Assembly (NCBI GenBank): GCA_951406725.2
Contig: OX597827.1
Span: forward strand, 42,346,001 to 42,410,000
Length of the DNA stretch: 64,000 nucleotides
Direction of reading: 5' to 3'
DNA from: Octopus vulgaris
Taxonomy: Eukaryota
Part shown: positions 40,941-53,517 of the stretch, piece after piece
Layout of the letters: each line of letters begins with the position of its first letter
Numbering within the stretch: position 1 is the first letter of the stretch
Position numbers and translations under genes: made by a program
The notes under the pieces: generated by a model
Databases searched by the model: none
What the model was told of the DNA's origin: nothing
The model's input: only the letters and a program-made list of their open reading frames with translations

Positions 40941-42085
40941 GTAGTTTGAAGAGGGGCATCGCTGACATCGCCACCAGGACGAACAATAATATTACCACCG
41001 TTGTCTCCCGCCTCTACTTTCACCATCACCACCACTAACAACAACCACAACAATAACAACAAGTCTAATGCGACCACCGCCACCGCCACCAGTACCACTA
41101 CGACTGCAAACAACAACACGCCACGTTCAAAACCACCAGCATCGGCAGGACTACGCCGACTATCATCATGACCAACGCCGCCGTCAAATCTACAGCCACC
41201 ACCACCACCACTGTCACAAACTACAATAACAACGAGTACTACAACAATATCATCACCACCAACACCAACGCTACCGCTACCATCACCGAAACCAGACCCA
41301 TCACCACCACCACCACCACCACCACTACCCCCACCACCACCAAAACCACCTCCTCCACCATCACCGAAACCAGACCCATCACCACCACCACCACCACCAC
41401 CACCCTCCACCACCACCACCACCACCACCACCACCACTTCCTCCACCAAAACCACTCCGCCACCGCCACCACTAACAGTAACATGCCTACTACTACCACC
41501 TGCACCATGATAGCTATCACTACCACCACAATCATCACCATCATCAACAGTACTACATCACCGCTACCCTAACCACCAACTACATTACCAACAGTAACAG
41601 CGATATCACACCACTAATACTACCACCACCACCATTCCACCACCAAAGCCACCACTATAACTACTGCCATCACTACATCTGCCATCACCACAACATCACC
41701 TCAGCTACCACTACTACTACAACCGTCACATCACCGCAACAACATCACACTACTTCCACTACCACCATCACCATCACCACCACATCCACCACCACTACTG
41801 CTACTATCATCACTACCACCATTAACACTACTATCACCACTACCACCGCCAACACTATCACCTCCACCACTACCTTCACTACCACTACCACCACCACTAC
41901 CACCATGACCACCACCACCACCACTACTACAACCAGCACCACCACCACTACCACTATTATCACAACTACCACCACTAACATTACCATCACCACAACCATC
42001 ACCACTACCACCACCACTACTACAACAACCACCACCACCACTACAACAACCACCACCACTACCACCACCAACAACAACAACCCAT
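40620..42085. repeat. (ACT)n / (ACC)n low-complexity tract
   Basis: Pure (ACT)n at 40635-40940 grading into degenerate ACC/ACT/ATC triplets. Confidence 0.95.
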
Positions 42086-42439
42086 TTCCACATGAAGGAA
42101 ATGAAAATTAAAATAAAATTCCAGCATTGAAAATAACAAAAACAATTATTGATAAATAAATATATAAAAAGAATACCAAACAGAGAAAAAAAAGAAAAAG
42201 AAAAGCACGTAGTTTTGAAAGAATGGTTAATCTGTTGTTATTGAATTTAGATGTTTGAAGAATGAATAAGTGTTGTGGAATGCCGATATGGTATTTCTGC
42301 TACTGCTTCATTCAATAACAAAATAGTGAAGAATTTACTGTTGCAGCTGATGTGATTTAGCCTCAAGTGAGCCTCTGTCCAATACACTTATGGCTGAAGG
42401 AGTATTGTGGATTGTCGCTTCGGTATTTCTATAGCTGCT

Positions 42440-43435
42440 TAATCCTTCCGTTACCATATTTCTGTTGAAATACTCTGTCTTTGTTCCAATTAATTTCGAA
42501 AACAGAGAAGAATTTAGTAAGACAACTTTATCGTTATTAGTCTGGTGTCTGGATCATAAATTAAAATGAAATTTTAATGGAAGGTTTTAAATTAGATAGT
42601 CTAACTTTTTCGTTACCGTATTTCTGTTGAAATACACTGACTTTGCTCCAGTTAATTCCGAAATAAATGAAGAATTTAGTAAGAATTTTGAAGAATTTAA
42701 ACTGGTGTTTAAAGGCGGAGAGCTGGCAGAATCGTTAGCACGCCGGGCGAAATACTTAGCGGTATTTCGTCTGAGGCTACGTTCTGAGTTCAAATTACGC
42801 CGAGGTCGACTTCGCTTTTCATCCTTTCGGGGTCGATAAATTAAGTACCAGTTACGCACTGGGGTCGATATAATCGACTTAATCCATTTGTCTGTCTTTG
42901 TTAGCCCTCTCTGTGTTTAGCCCCTTGTGGGTAGTAAAGAGATAGAAATAGGCATTTCGTCTGTCTTTACGTTCTGAGTTCAAATTCAGCCGAGATCAAC
43001 TTTGCCTTTCATCCTTTCGGGATCGATAAATCAAGTACCAGTTGCGCACTGGTGTCGATCTAATCGACTCCCCACTCTCCCAAAATTTCGGGCCCTGTGC
43101 CTAGAATAGAAAAGATATTTAGCAGGTGTTTAAAGGCGGCGAACTGGCAGAAATGTTAGCACGCCGGGTGAAATGCTTGAGAGTATTTTGTCTGCTGCTA
43201 CGTTCTGAGTTCAAATTCAACCCTGGTCGACTTTACCTTACTTTCGAGGCCGATAAACAGAGTACCAGTGATGCACTTGGGTCGATGTAATCGACTAGCC
43301 CCCACCCCACCAAAAAATTTCAGGCCTTGCGCCTTTAGCAGAAAGGACTATTAAACTGGTGTTTGGACCATAGATGAAATTTTAATGGAAGGCTTTAATT
43401 CAAATCACTTTAACCCTTTCGTTACCATATTTCTT
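42440..43435. repeat. ~165-bp tandem units starting TTAACCC-like (piggyBac-MITE-like end), split by a family A SINE cluster (42711-43350) with 14-bp TSD
   Basis: ttaa(c/t)c.tt(c/t)cgttacc.tatttct recurs at about 42440, 42602 and 43410. ttaaactggtgttt flanks the SINE cluster on both sides. Confidence 0.65.
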
Positions 43436-43774
43436 TACGTTCTGAATTCAAATCACACCTTAGTCATCTGTGCATTTCGTCCTTTCCGGGTCGATATAAT
43501 AAAGTAACAATCCAGGTTGGAGTATAGGCATAATTGTTAGAACATAAAACAAAAAGAACACTTGGCTGTATGTATTTCCGTCCTTATGTTGAGTATCTAG
43601 AGGCGTGTGAGGGACAGGTCTGTATCTAGCTAAGATGGTGTCTTGCAAATGCATGATTAATTAATTAAAAAGATTCTCGACAAAAAGCAACGTGGGATCT
43701 ATCTTCGTATTTTGAATTCTTTTTTTTTTAAATTCCCTGATAAGCACATAGTGCTTGTGAAGGAATTCGCCAAG

Positions 43775-44235
43775 TGTTGTTCGTTGACAAAATCGTGCAA
43801 TGAAAGAAGGTCTTCTCTGGTAAAATTCCTCTGGGATTTCGATTTCCAAACAGACAGGGAGTTAGAGCACCGACGGCCAGATATAGTAACCTTTAGGAGG
43901 GACAAACATGAGTGTCTAATAACTGACGTGGCAGTGCCAGGAAATCAATATATCATCATGAAAAAAAGAGAAAAGGTTGATAAATATGGAGACCTGAGAA
44001 TTGAGATCGCAAAGATGTGGCAGCTACGAGAGTCAAATGTAAAGGTTATCCCTATTGTCACCGGAGCATTGGGGTCACTACCACCCAAACAGAAAAAAAA
44101 CATATGAAAACCTTAGAAGTACCCTACAATCTCATGTATTGCAAAAGTCGGCATTACTTGGAGCTGTACGCAACTTGCGTAAAGTACTGTCTGTCTGAGG
44201 GCCTTGTTGTGTCTTGATAAACAGTACAAAACCGT
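43775..44235 (+). pseudogene. Dong/R4-type RLE endonuclease fragment and 3' end
   Basis: VKFLWDFDFQTDRELEHRRPDIV...CLITDVAVP...EKVDKYGDL...VIPIVTGALG, a PD-(D/E)xK RLE motif. Confidence 0.85.
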
Positions 44236-44237
44236 TG

Positions 44238-44650
44238 TTTGATTTTAACCAATTGAGCATGTCCTTTTGTGGCTGACAATATGTGCATTTCTGATCACGT
44301 GCAGATATAGTAGTGGAGCATCAAAGCCATTTGTTGAGAAGAATTCTTTGGGGTTTGAATAATTCAGCTCTAGAAACATGGGTGTTTCGTTCAAAATCCT
44401 TAAACAACCCTTATTCATGGACCTTTTGAGTGGGATGGGCTACTCGACCAGAAAAAAAATTCTAACTAAGCCCCCACCTGCAAGGTCTTGCGCTGTTTAT
44501 CTTGATATGAGATCACTATGTTGTGGATATATGGTTGTGATGCATGTGCCTGGTGTACCCTTATTAGAAGGGTAGTCATGATGGTTATACTGGGCTTCGT
44601 ATATTTGTACGCTAGTGTCACTTTGATGGCATGCACTGCTCTCTCACTCA
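44238..44650 (+). mobile_element. (TAA)n-embedded ~560-bp element, 5'-truncated
   Basis: Matches 15548-15960 and ends ctctctcactc+(AAT)n. Directly abuts the Dong 3' end. Confidence 0.85.
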
Positions 44651-44712
44651 ATAATAATAATAATAATAATAACAACAGCAATAATAATGATAATAATAAT
44701 AACAACAACAAC

Positions 44713-45295
44713 AGCACTCAGAGAGCGCAAACCTCTGCAAAAGGCAACACCAACGTCCTCTCAACAATTAGCCAGAGATGATTTTTAAAATCAGAATATC
44801 TGAAATAAACTCGACTGCTCTCACAAACGAGAATATTAAAAATGAAATCGACCGCTCTCAAAAACTAAGTAAAAAAGAAAACCGGAAAGATAATCCCGAA
44901 TACTTGTCCGGTACCCGATCGATCCCAATGGTAGTATTAACATGTGAATATAGCTGTAGAAAATTTAGTAACAGTAATGATTAGTTTGACCTCATCTACT
45001 ACAAGCCAAAATTGACAAATTCACCATTCAAAATATTTACAGCCTAAAGGGAGATAAATGAGGTAGACTTAAAAGTTAACTTAAGATGGTAAAATAAATA
45101 TAACAAATAATCCAGAATTCTTGTCCAGTACCGGACCGATCCCAAAATCTCATCAGCTCGTGCCAGTCATGAGGTCAATCGTTCCTGAAAGTTTCATCCG
45201 AAGCTATCCAGCGGTTCTTGAGATATCTTGTCCACGGAAAAATAAACAAACACGGCTGAAAACAATATTTCCGCCTTCGCTAAGGCGTGTGTAGT
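44713..45295 (+). mobile_element. Helentron-associated (HINE/DINE-1-like) non-autonomous element
   Basis: 5' aaacctctgcaaaggc, internal aagtttcatccg...ggttcttgagatatc...aaacaaacacg, and a 3' hairpin cgcctt(cgct)aaggcg. Confidence 0.6.
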
Positions 45296-45404
45296 AATAC
45301 TAATAATAGCTATTTCGAAATTACCCACAAGGCAAACTATTTTTAAACTGGGATTTCACCAGTCGTCCTAATAAAAAAAAAATGTGTGTATTTATAACTT
45401 GCAT

Positions 45405-45569
45405 TGGCTGTGTGGTAAGTAACTTGCTTACCAACCACATGGTTCCGGGTTCAGTCCCACTGCGTGGCACCTTGGGCAAGTGTCTTTTACTATAGCCTCG
45501 GGCCGACCAAAGCCTTGTGAGTGGACTTGGTAGACGGAAACTGAAAGAAGCCCGTCGTATATATGTATG

Positions 45570-45616
<47 letters not shown>

Positions 45617-45830
45617 ATGTTTGTGTCTGTGTTTGTCCCCCTAGCATTGCTTGACAACCGATGCTGGTGTGTTTATGTCCCCGTCACTTAGCGGTTCGGC
45701 AAAAGAGACCGATAGAATAAGTACTGGGCTTACAAAGAATAAGTCCCGGGGTCGAGTTGCTCGACTAAAGGCGGTGCTCCAACATGGCCACAGTCAAATG
45801 ATTGAAACAAGTAAAAGAGTAAAAGAGTAT
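45405..45830 (+). mobile_element. SINE family B, near-complete
   Basis: Near-consensus copy with gtaaaaga tail repeats. Confidence 0.9.
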
Positions 45831-45833
45831 ATA

Positions 45834-45901
<68 letters not shown>

Positions 45902-45923
45902 TATTTATATTTATACACACACA

Positions 45924-45980
<57 letters not shown>

Positions 45981-46417
45981 GGCGAGAAAATGAAAGAATG
46001 ATTCCGGAAAAATCAAGCATTCAGATATGGGAAGTAAAAGAAAGGCTAAAATGAAGTGATTCAACAGAATCGTAGTGTGCTACGACGTGGGAAAAATGCT
46101 ATCATCATCGGTGAAGAACAGTGTGAGTTCAATCAGTATATTACGTAATCCGGATGTGAAATAAAACGTGGTCTTTTTGTTGTTTTTGATATGTTTCCTT
46201 GCATATTTTCATTCTACTTAAAATTCTTTTATTTTCTTTGAAAAAGAAAGTAAAACAGTAATACCTAGAAAAATATATAGTATTTCTTTCATCGAATTAA
46301 TTCCTTTAATGTATTGTCGCACATCCTACCCACACACATCCCACCTGATGCACTAAAAGACATCTGTGTATGCGCGTGTAGACATATATGGATACGCCTA
46401 TTTACGTATCTATCTGT

Positions 46418-46525
<108 letters not shown>

Positions 46526-46596
46526 GTCTGTCTATGTATCTATTTATATATTTGTCTATCTATCTATCTATACATATATATAATATATGTATATGC

Positions 46597-46645
<49 letters not shown>

Positions 46646-46790
46646 AATGAAATACGTATATATATGTGTATATATATATATATATACGTATATATATATA
46701 TGAATATATATATACATATATATATGTATATATAGATAAACATATATATGTACGTATATATATGTATAAATATATATTTATGTATGTATG

Positions 46791-46837
<47 letters not shown>

Positions 46838-46839
<2 letters not shown>

Positions 46840-46978
46840 TGTTGTGTCTGGGGAGAGTCATTTTCTTTTTGTGCCTTATAATGTAACACACACACCAGTA
46901 AAATTTCCACTTATTTTATATTTTTATTTTCCTAAAATTTTCATTGCGTCTTTCAACCTTTTCAATAGTCTTGACTAT
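46838..46978 (-). mobile_element. pLTR-like fragment with U3-A8 variant hammerhead (46932-46968)
   Basis: Same family as 7255-7424. Minus strand cta-TTGAAAA-g-gttg(aaagacg)caat-GAAA-at-TT-tag. Confidence 0.55.
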
Positions 46979-47644
46979 GTCCGTTATTTACACTGGGTTC
47001 CTTTTTGTTTGTTGGTGCGCATGTGTGTGGGTCAGTGTGTGTGTGTGTGCCTATGAATGCATGCATGTACGAATGATGTATGCATGTGTGTGTATGTATG
47101 TATATATGTGTGTGTGTGTGTGTGTGTGTGCATCTGTATGTATGTATCCTGTATATTCATGTGCTTGCATTTCCGTTTTTGTGCATTTTCTATGTATGTG
47201 TGTTTGAGCGTGTGTTTGTATATGTATATACCTCTGTCTCCTTGTGTGTGTTTATGTGTTTTGCAACGATGTACCATGTTTGTATGTATGGAATTGCATC
47301 TCTATATGTGTGGATCCGTGTCTCCATATGTGTCCTTGTGTGGAGTAAAGTGTGTGTATATATATATATGGTCATGTGTGTCAGTGTCCATTTGCGTATG
47401 TGTGCTTGTCTGTTCTTATAACCTATGTACCTGTCCGTCTCTATGTTGACTCTGTTTATTTTCATATCTATATGCTTACATACAAAAAAAAATACATGTG
47501 CATACACACACACTCACACACTCACACCCACACACACACACACATAAATACATCTATCTACATAAATTTACATAACAGTCCACTAACTATTCCACTCTAC
47601 ATGTGTAAACTGTGAGTATGGAGGTATGATATCTACTATGTATA

Positions 47645-48088
47645 TTTCCTATTTAGTTTTGGGGAGGTTTCATTTATAAGGCCGTACTCCCGTATTTGTC
47701 TGAGTGTTGGGTCTTTTGGGTGCTTGGATGAGATGCGGATGTCAAGTTGACCCAAGTTGCCTCCATGGTGGTCTTTGGCATGTTGATAGAGTATGGAAGA
47801 CTGTTTTTGTCGTCATATTATCCCAGATGTGTCATTTATTCGTTCCGCTATGCTCCTAGATGTCTCCCCTATGTACGTCATGTTCATGTCCTTACAAGCA
47901 CCTTCTATGCATATTATGCTGTAAACTACATTTCTAGTTCTACAATTAATGCCAGGGTTAATCATACATACCATGCAGTTATCATTGGTGCATATGGTAT
48001 TCTCAAACAAGTACGTCCTACATAGTTGTGATCTGACGGAGTTCCCTGGCTTTTCAACAATCTTAATGTTGAGTTTGGTCTCACACAC
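47645..48088 (-). pseudogene. Penelope-like element GIY-YIG endonuclease fragment
   Basis: C..C...NCRTRNVVYSIIC...YIGETSRSIAERI, then after a frameshift SILYQHAKDHHGG...PTLRQIRE. Confidence 0.85.
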
Positions 48089-48303
48089 ACATATTTAAAC
48101 AAAATTAAAGATAAAAAAACCCACTTTCGTGATTTTATCAAGTGGCCAGTGTGAAATATAAAAAAAAAAATTATGATTACAATTTATACTATGTCTGCAT
48201 GTATGTGTGTCTGTGTCTGTGCGAAGAAATAAGGTGGCGAACTAGCATAATTGTTCTCTACGCTCCCGGTTCAAACCCCGATGAATTCAACTTCACCATT
48301 TCG

Positions 48304-48435
48304 GGGACCCGAAAGATGGCGATCCACGCCCGGTCGGGACGAAGCCAGAGGAAACTCTGGTGGAAGTCCGAAGCGCCTCTGACGTGCAAATCGATCGTCG
48401 GAACCGGGTGTAGGGGCGAAAGACCAATCGAGCCG

Positions 48436-48478
<43 letters not shown>

Positions 48479-48696
48479 CGCCAGCGGGAGAACGACACGC
48501 AATTCCGTCCGGTAGAGCGAACGACTGGAGGCCCCGGGGACGTTGACGGCCTCGATCTACTCTCGAACTCGGAACGGGCGAAACGGGCCGCTCCTCTCCC
48601 GATCGGAGGCGGCCGCCGTTATGCGACGACGAATGCACGGTGCCAAGTGGGCCACTTTTGGTAAGCAGAACTGGTGATGTGGGATGAACCGAACGT
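48304..48696 (+). pseudogene. 28S (LSU) rRNA fragment, orphan copy
   Basis: Conserved LSU strings gacccgaaagatgg, gaagccagaggaaactctggtggaag, tagtagctggttccctccgaagtttccctcaggatagc and gtgggccacttttggtaagcagaactgg. No flanking rDNA. Confidence 0.95.
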
Positions 48697-48849
48697 CTGC
48701 TGAATCTGTCCTTGTGAACGCATGTCTTTACGTGTGTGTGTGTGTATGTGTGTGTGTGTCTCTGTGTGTGTGTGTCTGTGTGTATGTCTTCGGTATGTGT
48801 GCCTTGTGTGCGTGTATATGGGGTTGTGTATTATTAAGCTGGTGAGAAT

Positions 48850-49310
48850 GGCGGCGAGCTGGCAGAAGCGTTAGCACGCCGGGCGAAATGCCTAGCGGTA
48901 TTTAGTCTGCCATTACGTTCTGAGTTCAAATTGCGCCGAGTTCGACTTTGCCGTTCATCCTTTCGGGGTCGATAAATTAAGTACCAGTTATGCACTGGGG
49001 TCGATGTAATCGACTTAATCCGTTTGTCTGTCCTTGTTTGTCTCCTCTATGTTTAGCCCCTTGTGGGCAATAAAGAAATAAGAAACGTTCGGACCCCGGG
49101 CGAAATGCTTAGCGGTATTTCGTTTGCCGCAATGGTTTTGAGTTCAAATTCCACCGAGGTCGACTTTGTACCCCTTGTGGCCAATAAAGAAATAGGAATA
49201 AATACAAGCTTAAAAAGCTAAGTACCGGGATCGATTGTTCGACTAAACCCTTTAAGCTGATGCCCCAGCATGGCCACAATCTAAAAGGCTGAACCAAGTA
49301 AAAGATAAAA
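48850..49310 (+). mobile_element. Family A SINE plus partial second unit and SINE B-type tail
   Basis: Full A copy at 48850-49080, restart at aagaaacgtt, then ccagcatggccaca...gtaaaagat. Confidence 0.8.
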
Positions 49311-49729
49311 GATTATAGTTATGTGTGCAAGACCTTTGAAATTAAATACCCTTGCAGAGAGCTATTAGCGTGGATAAAGGGATAAGTGTGGAGAAGATGG
49401 ATAAAGGGAACCCCAAAATGCTATTTGCCTGTGACGGACAGCCACTTTTATGGCGGGTGTGTAGTCTGTCCTATTGATAATCGCAATGAAAAATGTCGAA
49501 TTGTGAAGAATGCAAGGTTTGCAACGAGGTGGAGAGATCCAAGTAGACATTAGTGGTTTCAAGTGGAATAAAGCAATTAGTGGTTCCAGAAATAAATAAC
49601 GTCCTGAGAAAGAGAAAATTAAAAACTGAGATTGAAATTAAAAATTGAAATTGAAAAACTATATTTATATATACTTCATTATATTTTAGAGTGTGTTTGC
49701 CGGATGAAGTGTCTGTGCGTCGTTGTACA

Positions 49730-50130
49730 GCATGTGTGTGTGTGCGTGTGTTTGGGCTTGTGTGAGTGTGTTTGGGCTTGTGTGTGTATGTTTAGGCTTG
49801 TGTGTGTGTGTTTTGGCTCGTGTATATCTGTGGCTGTTTGGGGTTGTGTATGTCTGTGTCTGCTTGGGCTTGTGTGTCTGTTTGGGCTGTGTGTGTGTGT
49901 TTTGGCTTGTGTGTGTGTGTGTGTGTGTGTGTTTGGGCTTGTGTGTGTGTGTGTGTTTGGGCTTGTGTGTGTGTTGGGCTTGGGTGTGTGTGTGTGTTTG
50001 GGCTTGTGTGTGTGTGTGTGTGTTTGGGCTTGTGTGTGTGTGTTTGGGCTTGTGTGTGTGTGTTTTCGGCTTGTGTGTGTGTTTTCGCTTGTGTACGTCT
50101 GTGTGTTTGGGACTGTGTGTATGGGTGTGT
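49730..50130. repeat. (TG)n-TTTGGGCTT minisatellite
   Basis: Repeated tttgggcttgtgtgtgtg units of variable length. Confidence 0.85.
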
Positions 50131-50408
50131 ATGCGTTTGGTGAGGAATGTATTGATTGTATGTGTGTGTGTGTGTGCGTGTCTTCGCGTCTTTGTTTATG
50201 AATATGTATGTGGGTGTTCATCCTCTATGAGTGCTTGTCCGTAACTATGCATATTTCCATGTATGTCTACGGTATGGTTGGGTGTGCATGTGTGAGCGTG
50301 TGTATGTGGGGGGTGCAAGTGAATGTGTTGTATGTATATGTCTTTCTGTATAAATAATATATAAATGCATGTGTGTGTATCTATATATGTACATATATGT
50401 ACTTATAT

Positions 50409-50471
<63 letters not shown>

Positions 50472-50504
50472 AGTATATACATATACATGCATACACTTAC
50501 ATAC

Positions 50505-50535
<31 letters not shown>

Positions 50536-50565
50536 TACTCACACACACACACACATATATATATT

Positions 50566-51235
50566 TATAGGATGCGGTTAATATATTGTTTAAATTAGCC
50601 AAAAATGAATATAACACTGACACCTCATTTTAACAGATATATTTACACAGATTACATGAGAATATCTTGAAATACTAAAGAGTAAATTTATTCAATAAAA
50701 TCGCCATTGTCTTCAACCATGGCCTTCAAACGACTTCGGAATCTCCTGCAACACTCTGGACAGGCTCCTTGTTTAAGTTGGTGAACGCTGCTATAATTCT
50801 TGCCTTCAGGTCATCTTTGGTGTTACAAGGAGTTTTGTTGGTCTCCCGTACAACTGCGCCCAAATAATAATCAAGGGGATTGCTGTGTGGGGAGTTAGGT
50901 AGCAAGTTGTTAAGGGTGATGTAGTCACAGAACTTGCCTAACAGCCATGACTGGGTTCTCTTGCTTATGTGGCATGGTGCAGCGTCCTGTTGCCAGACAT
51001 AGGGTCCTCGAGCAGCCACCCTCTTCGCACAGGGGAGCACTACCTCTTCCAGTCACTTGATGTACGTCTTCGAGCTGAATCTAAGTCCGTGTTTAATAAT
51101 GAATGGAGGTATAACTTTGTCATCACTAGTCATCACTCCAAACACCATGATGTTGATGATGATTGGATGTTTGGTCTTTATCACTCTTGGTACATGTTTT
51201 GGAGACACAGTTCTGTATGTTCACCATCTGTTAGT
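50566..51235 (-). mobile_element. Tc1/mariner superfamily (maT/DD37D-like) transposase remnant with 3' end
   Basis: IMVFGVMTS...YVWQQDAAPCH...LPNSPHSNPLDY...DDLKARI. Terminus tataggatgcgg resembles a TA|CAGGGTG TIR. Confidence 0.8.
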
Positions 51236-51989
51236 ATATATAGAGAGACTTAGTAATTTTAATATTTCTATTATATATATATATATGAGATAACTTAAGT
51301 AGAGAGATATTCTATTGACAATCCAATAATTTATTTATTTATATTACAATATTACATTAAATGCTATGAATACAATATATAACATAACATAGTATTACAT
51401 AAATAATTATAAAAAACGTAAAAGTTCAACAAATTGCTTCTACTTATTTTTTTTTGATATACATATTCACAGTTCTTCAAGGCCCTTGGTTCAGAAAGAT
51501 GAAATTCCGTGTGAAAGGACGGCTGGATTGTCAAAAATTAATTCAAATGTCCGTGTTATGAGCGTAAGTGTTAACTACTCAATCTGACATCAATTACAAT
51601 TTAAAAAACAACACAATCAAGTAAGTGCAATCCACAACCATAGAAATTCATTTCATTATATCTCAAACACATAACAATTGAAATCCTTTTATGTCTCTTG
51701 TCATCACAACATAAATTATATATATATATATAGATATGTGTGTGTGTGTGTGTGTGTGTGTATAAATGCATATAATTAAGTATCTAAGTCTTCTCCTACG
51801 TATAACTACAACAACAAAAACTGTATACACAATTACATCTTCATTACAACTCTTTTATCTATTTAAATTTGTTGCTATATAAAATATTGCTTAATAATAA
51901 TCTTCTATATTTATTATTTTCTCGGAGGGACAATTCCGTAATTATTGCTAAAATGGACTTAAGATTGTAAATACGATAACCAAAATAAC

Positions 51990-52024
<35 letters not shown>

Positions 52025-52025
<1 letters not shown>

Positions 52026-52445
52026 TCTTTACTATTTTACTTGTTTCAGTCATTTGACTGCAGCCATGCTAGAGCACCGCCTTTAGTCGAGCAAATCGAC
52101 CCCAGGACTTATTCTTTGGAAGCCTAGTACTTATTCTATCGATCTCTTTTTGCCGAACCGTTAAGTTACGGGAACGTAAACACACCACCATCGGTTGTCA
52201 AGCGATGTTGTGGTGGTGGGGACAAACACAGACACACAAACACACACACACACATACATAAATATATATATACATATATACGACGGGCTTCTTTCAGTTT
52301 CCGTCTACTAAATCCACTTACAAGGCTTTGGTCGGCCCGAGACTATAGTAGAAGACACTTGCCCAAGGTGCCACGCAGTGTGAATGAACCCGGAACCATG
52401 TGGTTGGTAAGCAAACTACTTACCACACAGCCACTCTTGCGCCTT
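52025..52445 (-). mobile_element. SINE family B, full length
   Basis: Reverse complement of the consensus from head to tail. Confidence 0.9.
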
Positions 52446-52594
52446 AATAATATCAAGGTAATAAAGATTTTAGAAGTTTTTACTACCAGTGGCCAAGCGT
52501 AAAGAAAAATTAGTCTATAGATTATATATTATTCATATAAAATACATTAAGAGGCCAAAATTGCTGGCCTTATACAAAAATTTGAAATCCATCA

Positions 52595-53325
52595 CGTATG
52601 GGATGGATCCGTCTATCGGCCGAGTCTGTAGTGATGATTGTTCTGTTACTCTCCATGAATCGGGCAGGCAAGGCAGTTTTCCTTTGCTTGGAGGCTGTGG
52701 CGGAAGAGGTTGTCTTGTGGACAAGGCCGAAAGGCTTGAGTACAGACACATTCCTCTTTTGGTAGAGCTCTCATTGACTTCTTCAAGTTTCGCTTGAAAA
52801 CGAAATTGAGAGTGGAGGGAGAAGTGCTGACTTCGAGTGAGTTTATTAAAAAGGTGGGTGAAAGCTGCGAGAATGGCAAGAGTGGATGGTACCTCTCTAA
52901 GTGTAGACTTCTGAGTCGGAGAGAAGGAACCGGAGAGGGCACTTGCTATTGGTGTTCAGGGAAATCTCGGACAGTGGGATCCCTAGATTATCCCTAGAGG
53001 CGTTCCTGTATCAGGGGGGCCACGTGACTATCATCTTCCCCCACCCCACAGTTTTTTCTTTAAACTTTTGTATACTCTGCATATGTCCCTTTCTCTTGGT
53101 GTTCAGGGAAATCTCAGACAGTGGCATCCCTAGATTATCCCTAGAGGCGTTCCTGTATCAGGAGGGCCACGTGTCTATCATCTTCCCCCATCCCACAGTT
53201 TTTTCTTTAAACTTTTGTATACTCTGCATATGTCCCTTTCTTTCCATCGTATACTGTGTATCCTTACCTTTTTTATGGTTGTCTTCGTATTGCCCTCCTC
53301 ATCTTTCGCCCTGGTAGCAAATAAA
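52595..53325 (+). pseudogene. L1/Tx1-type LINE 3' end with a ~148-bp tandem duplication in the 3' UTR
   Basis: KLRVEGEVLTSSEFIKK; colinear with 26285-27012. ttggtgttcagggaaatctc...atatgtccctttct occurs at 52949 and 53096. Confidence 0.75.
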
Positions 53326-53429
<104 letters not shown>

Positions 53430-53517
53430 CATTTATGAGTGAGAGAGCAGTGCATGTCATCGAAGTGACACTGGGGTAAAATATACGAAGCCCAGTATTA
53501 TTATTATTATTATTATT

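Noticed and set aside
40485-42111. Long Thr/Val/Gly-rich ORFs that look mucin-like
   Set aside because: Pure trinucleotide low complexity, open in several frames on both strands, with no domain or splice evidence.
48304-48696. Functional rRNA gene
   Set aside because: Only ~390 bp of 28S with no ITS, 5.8S or 18S, so it is treated as an orphan fragment.
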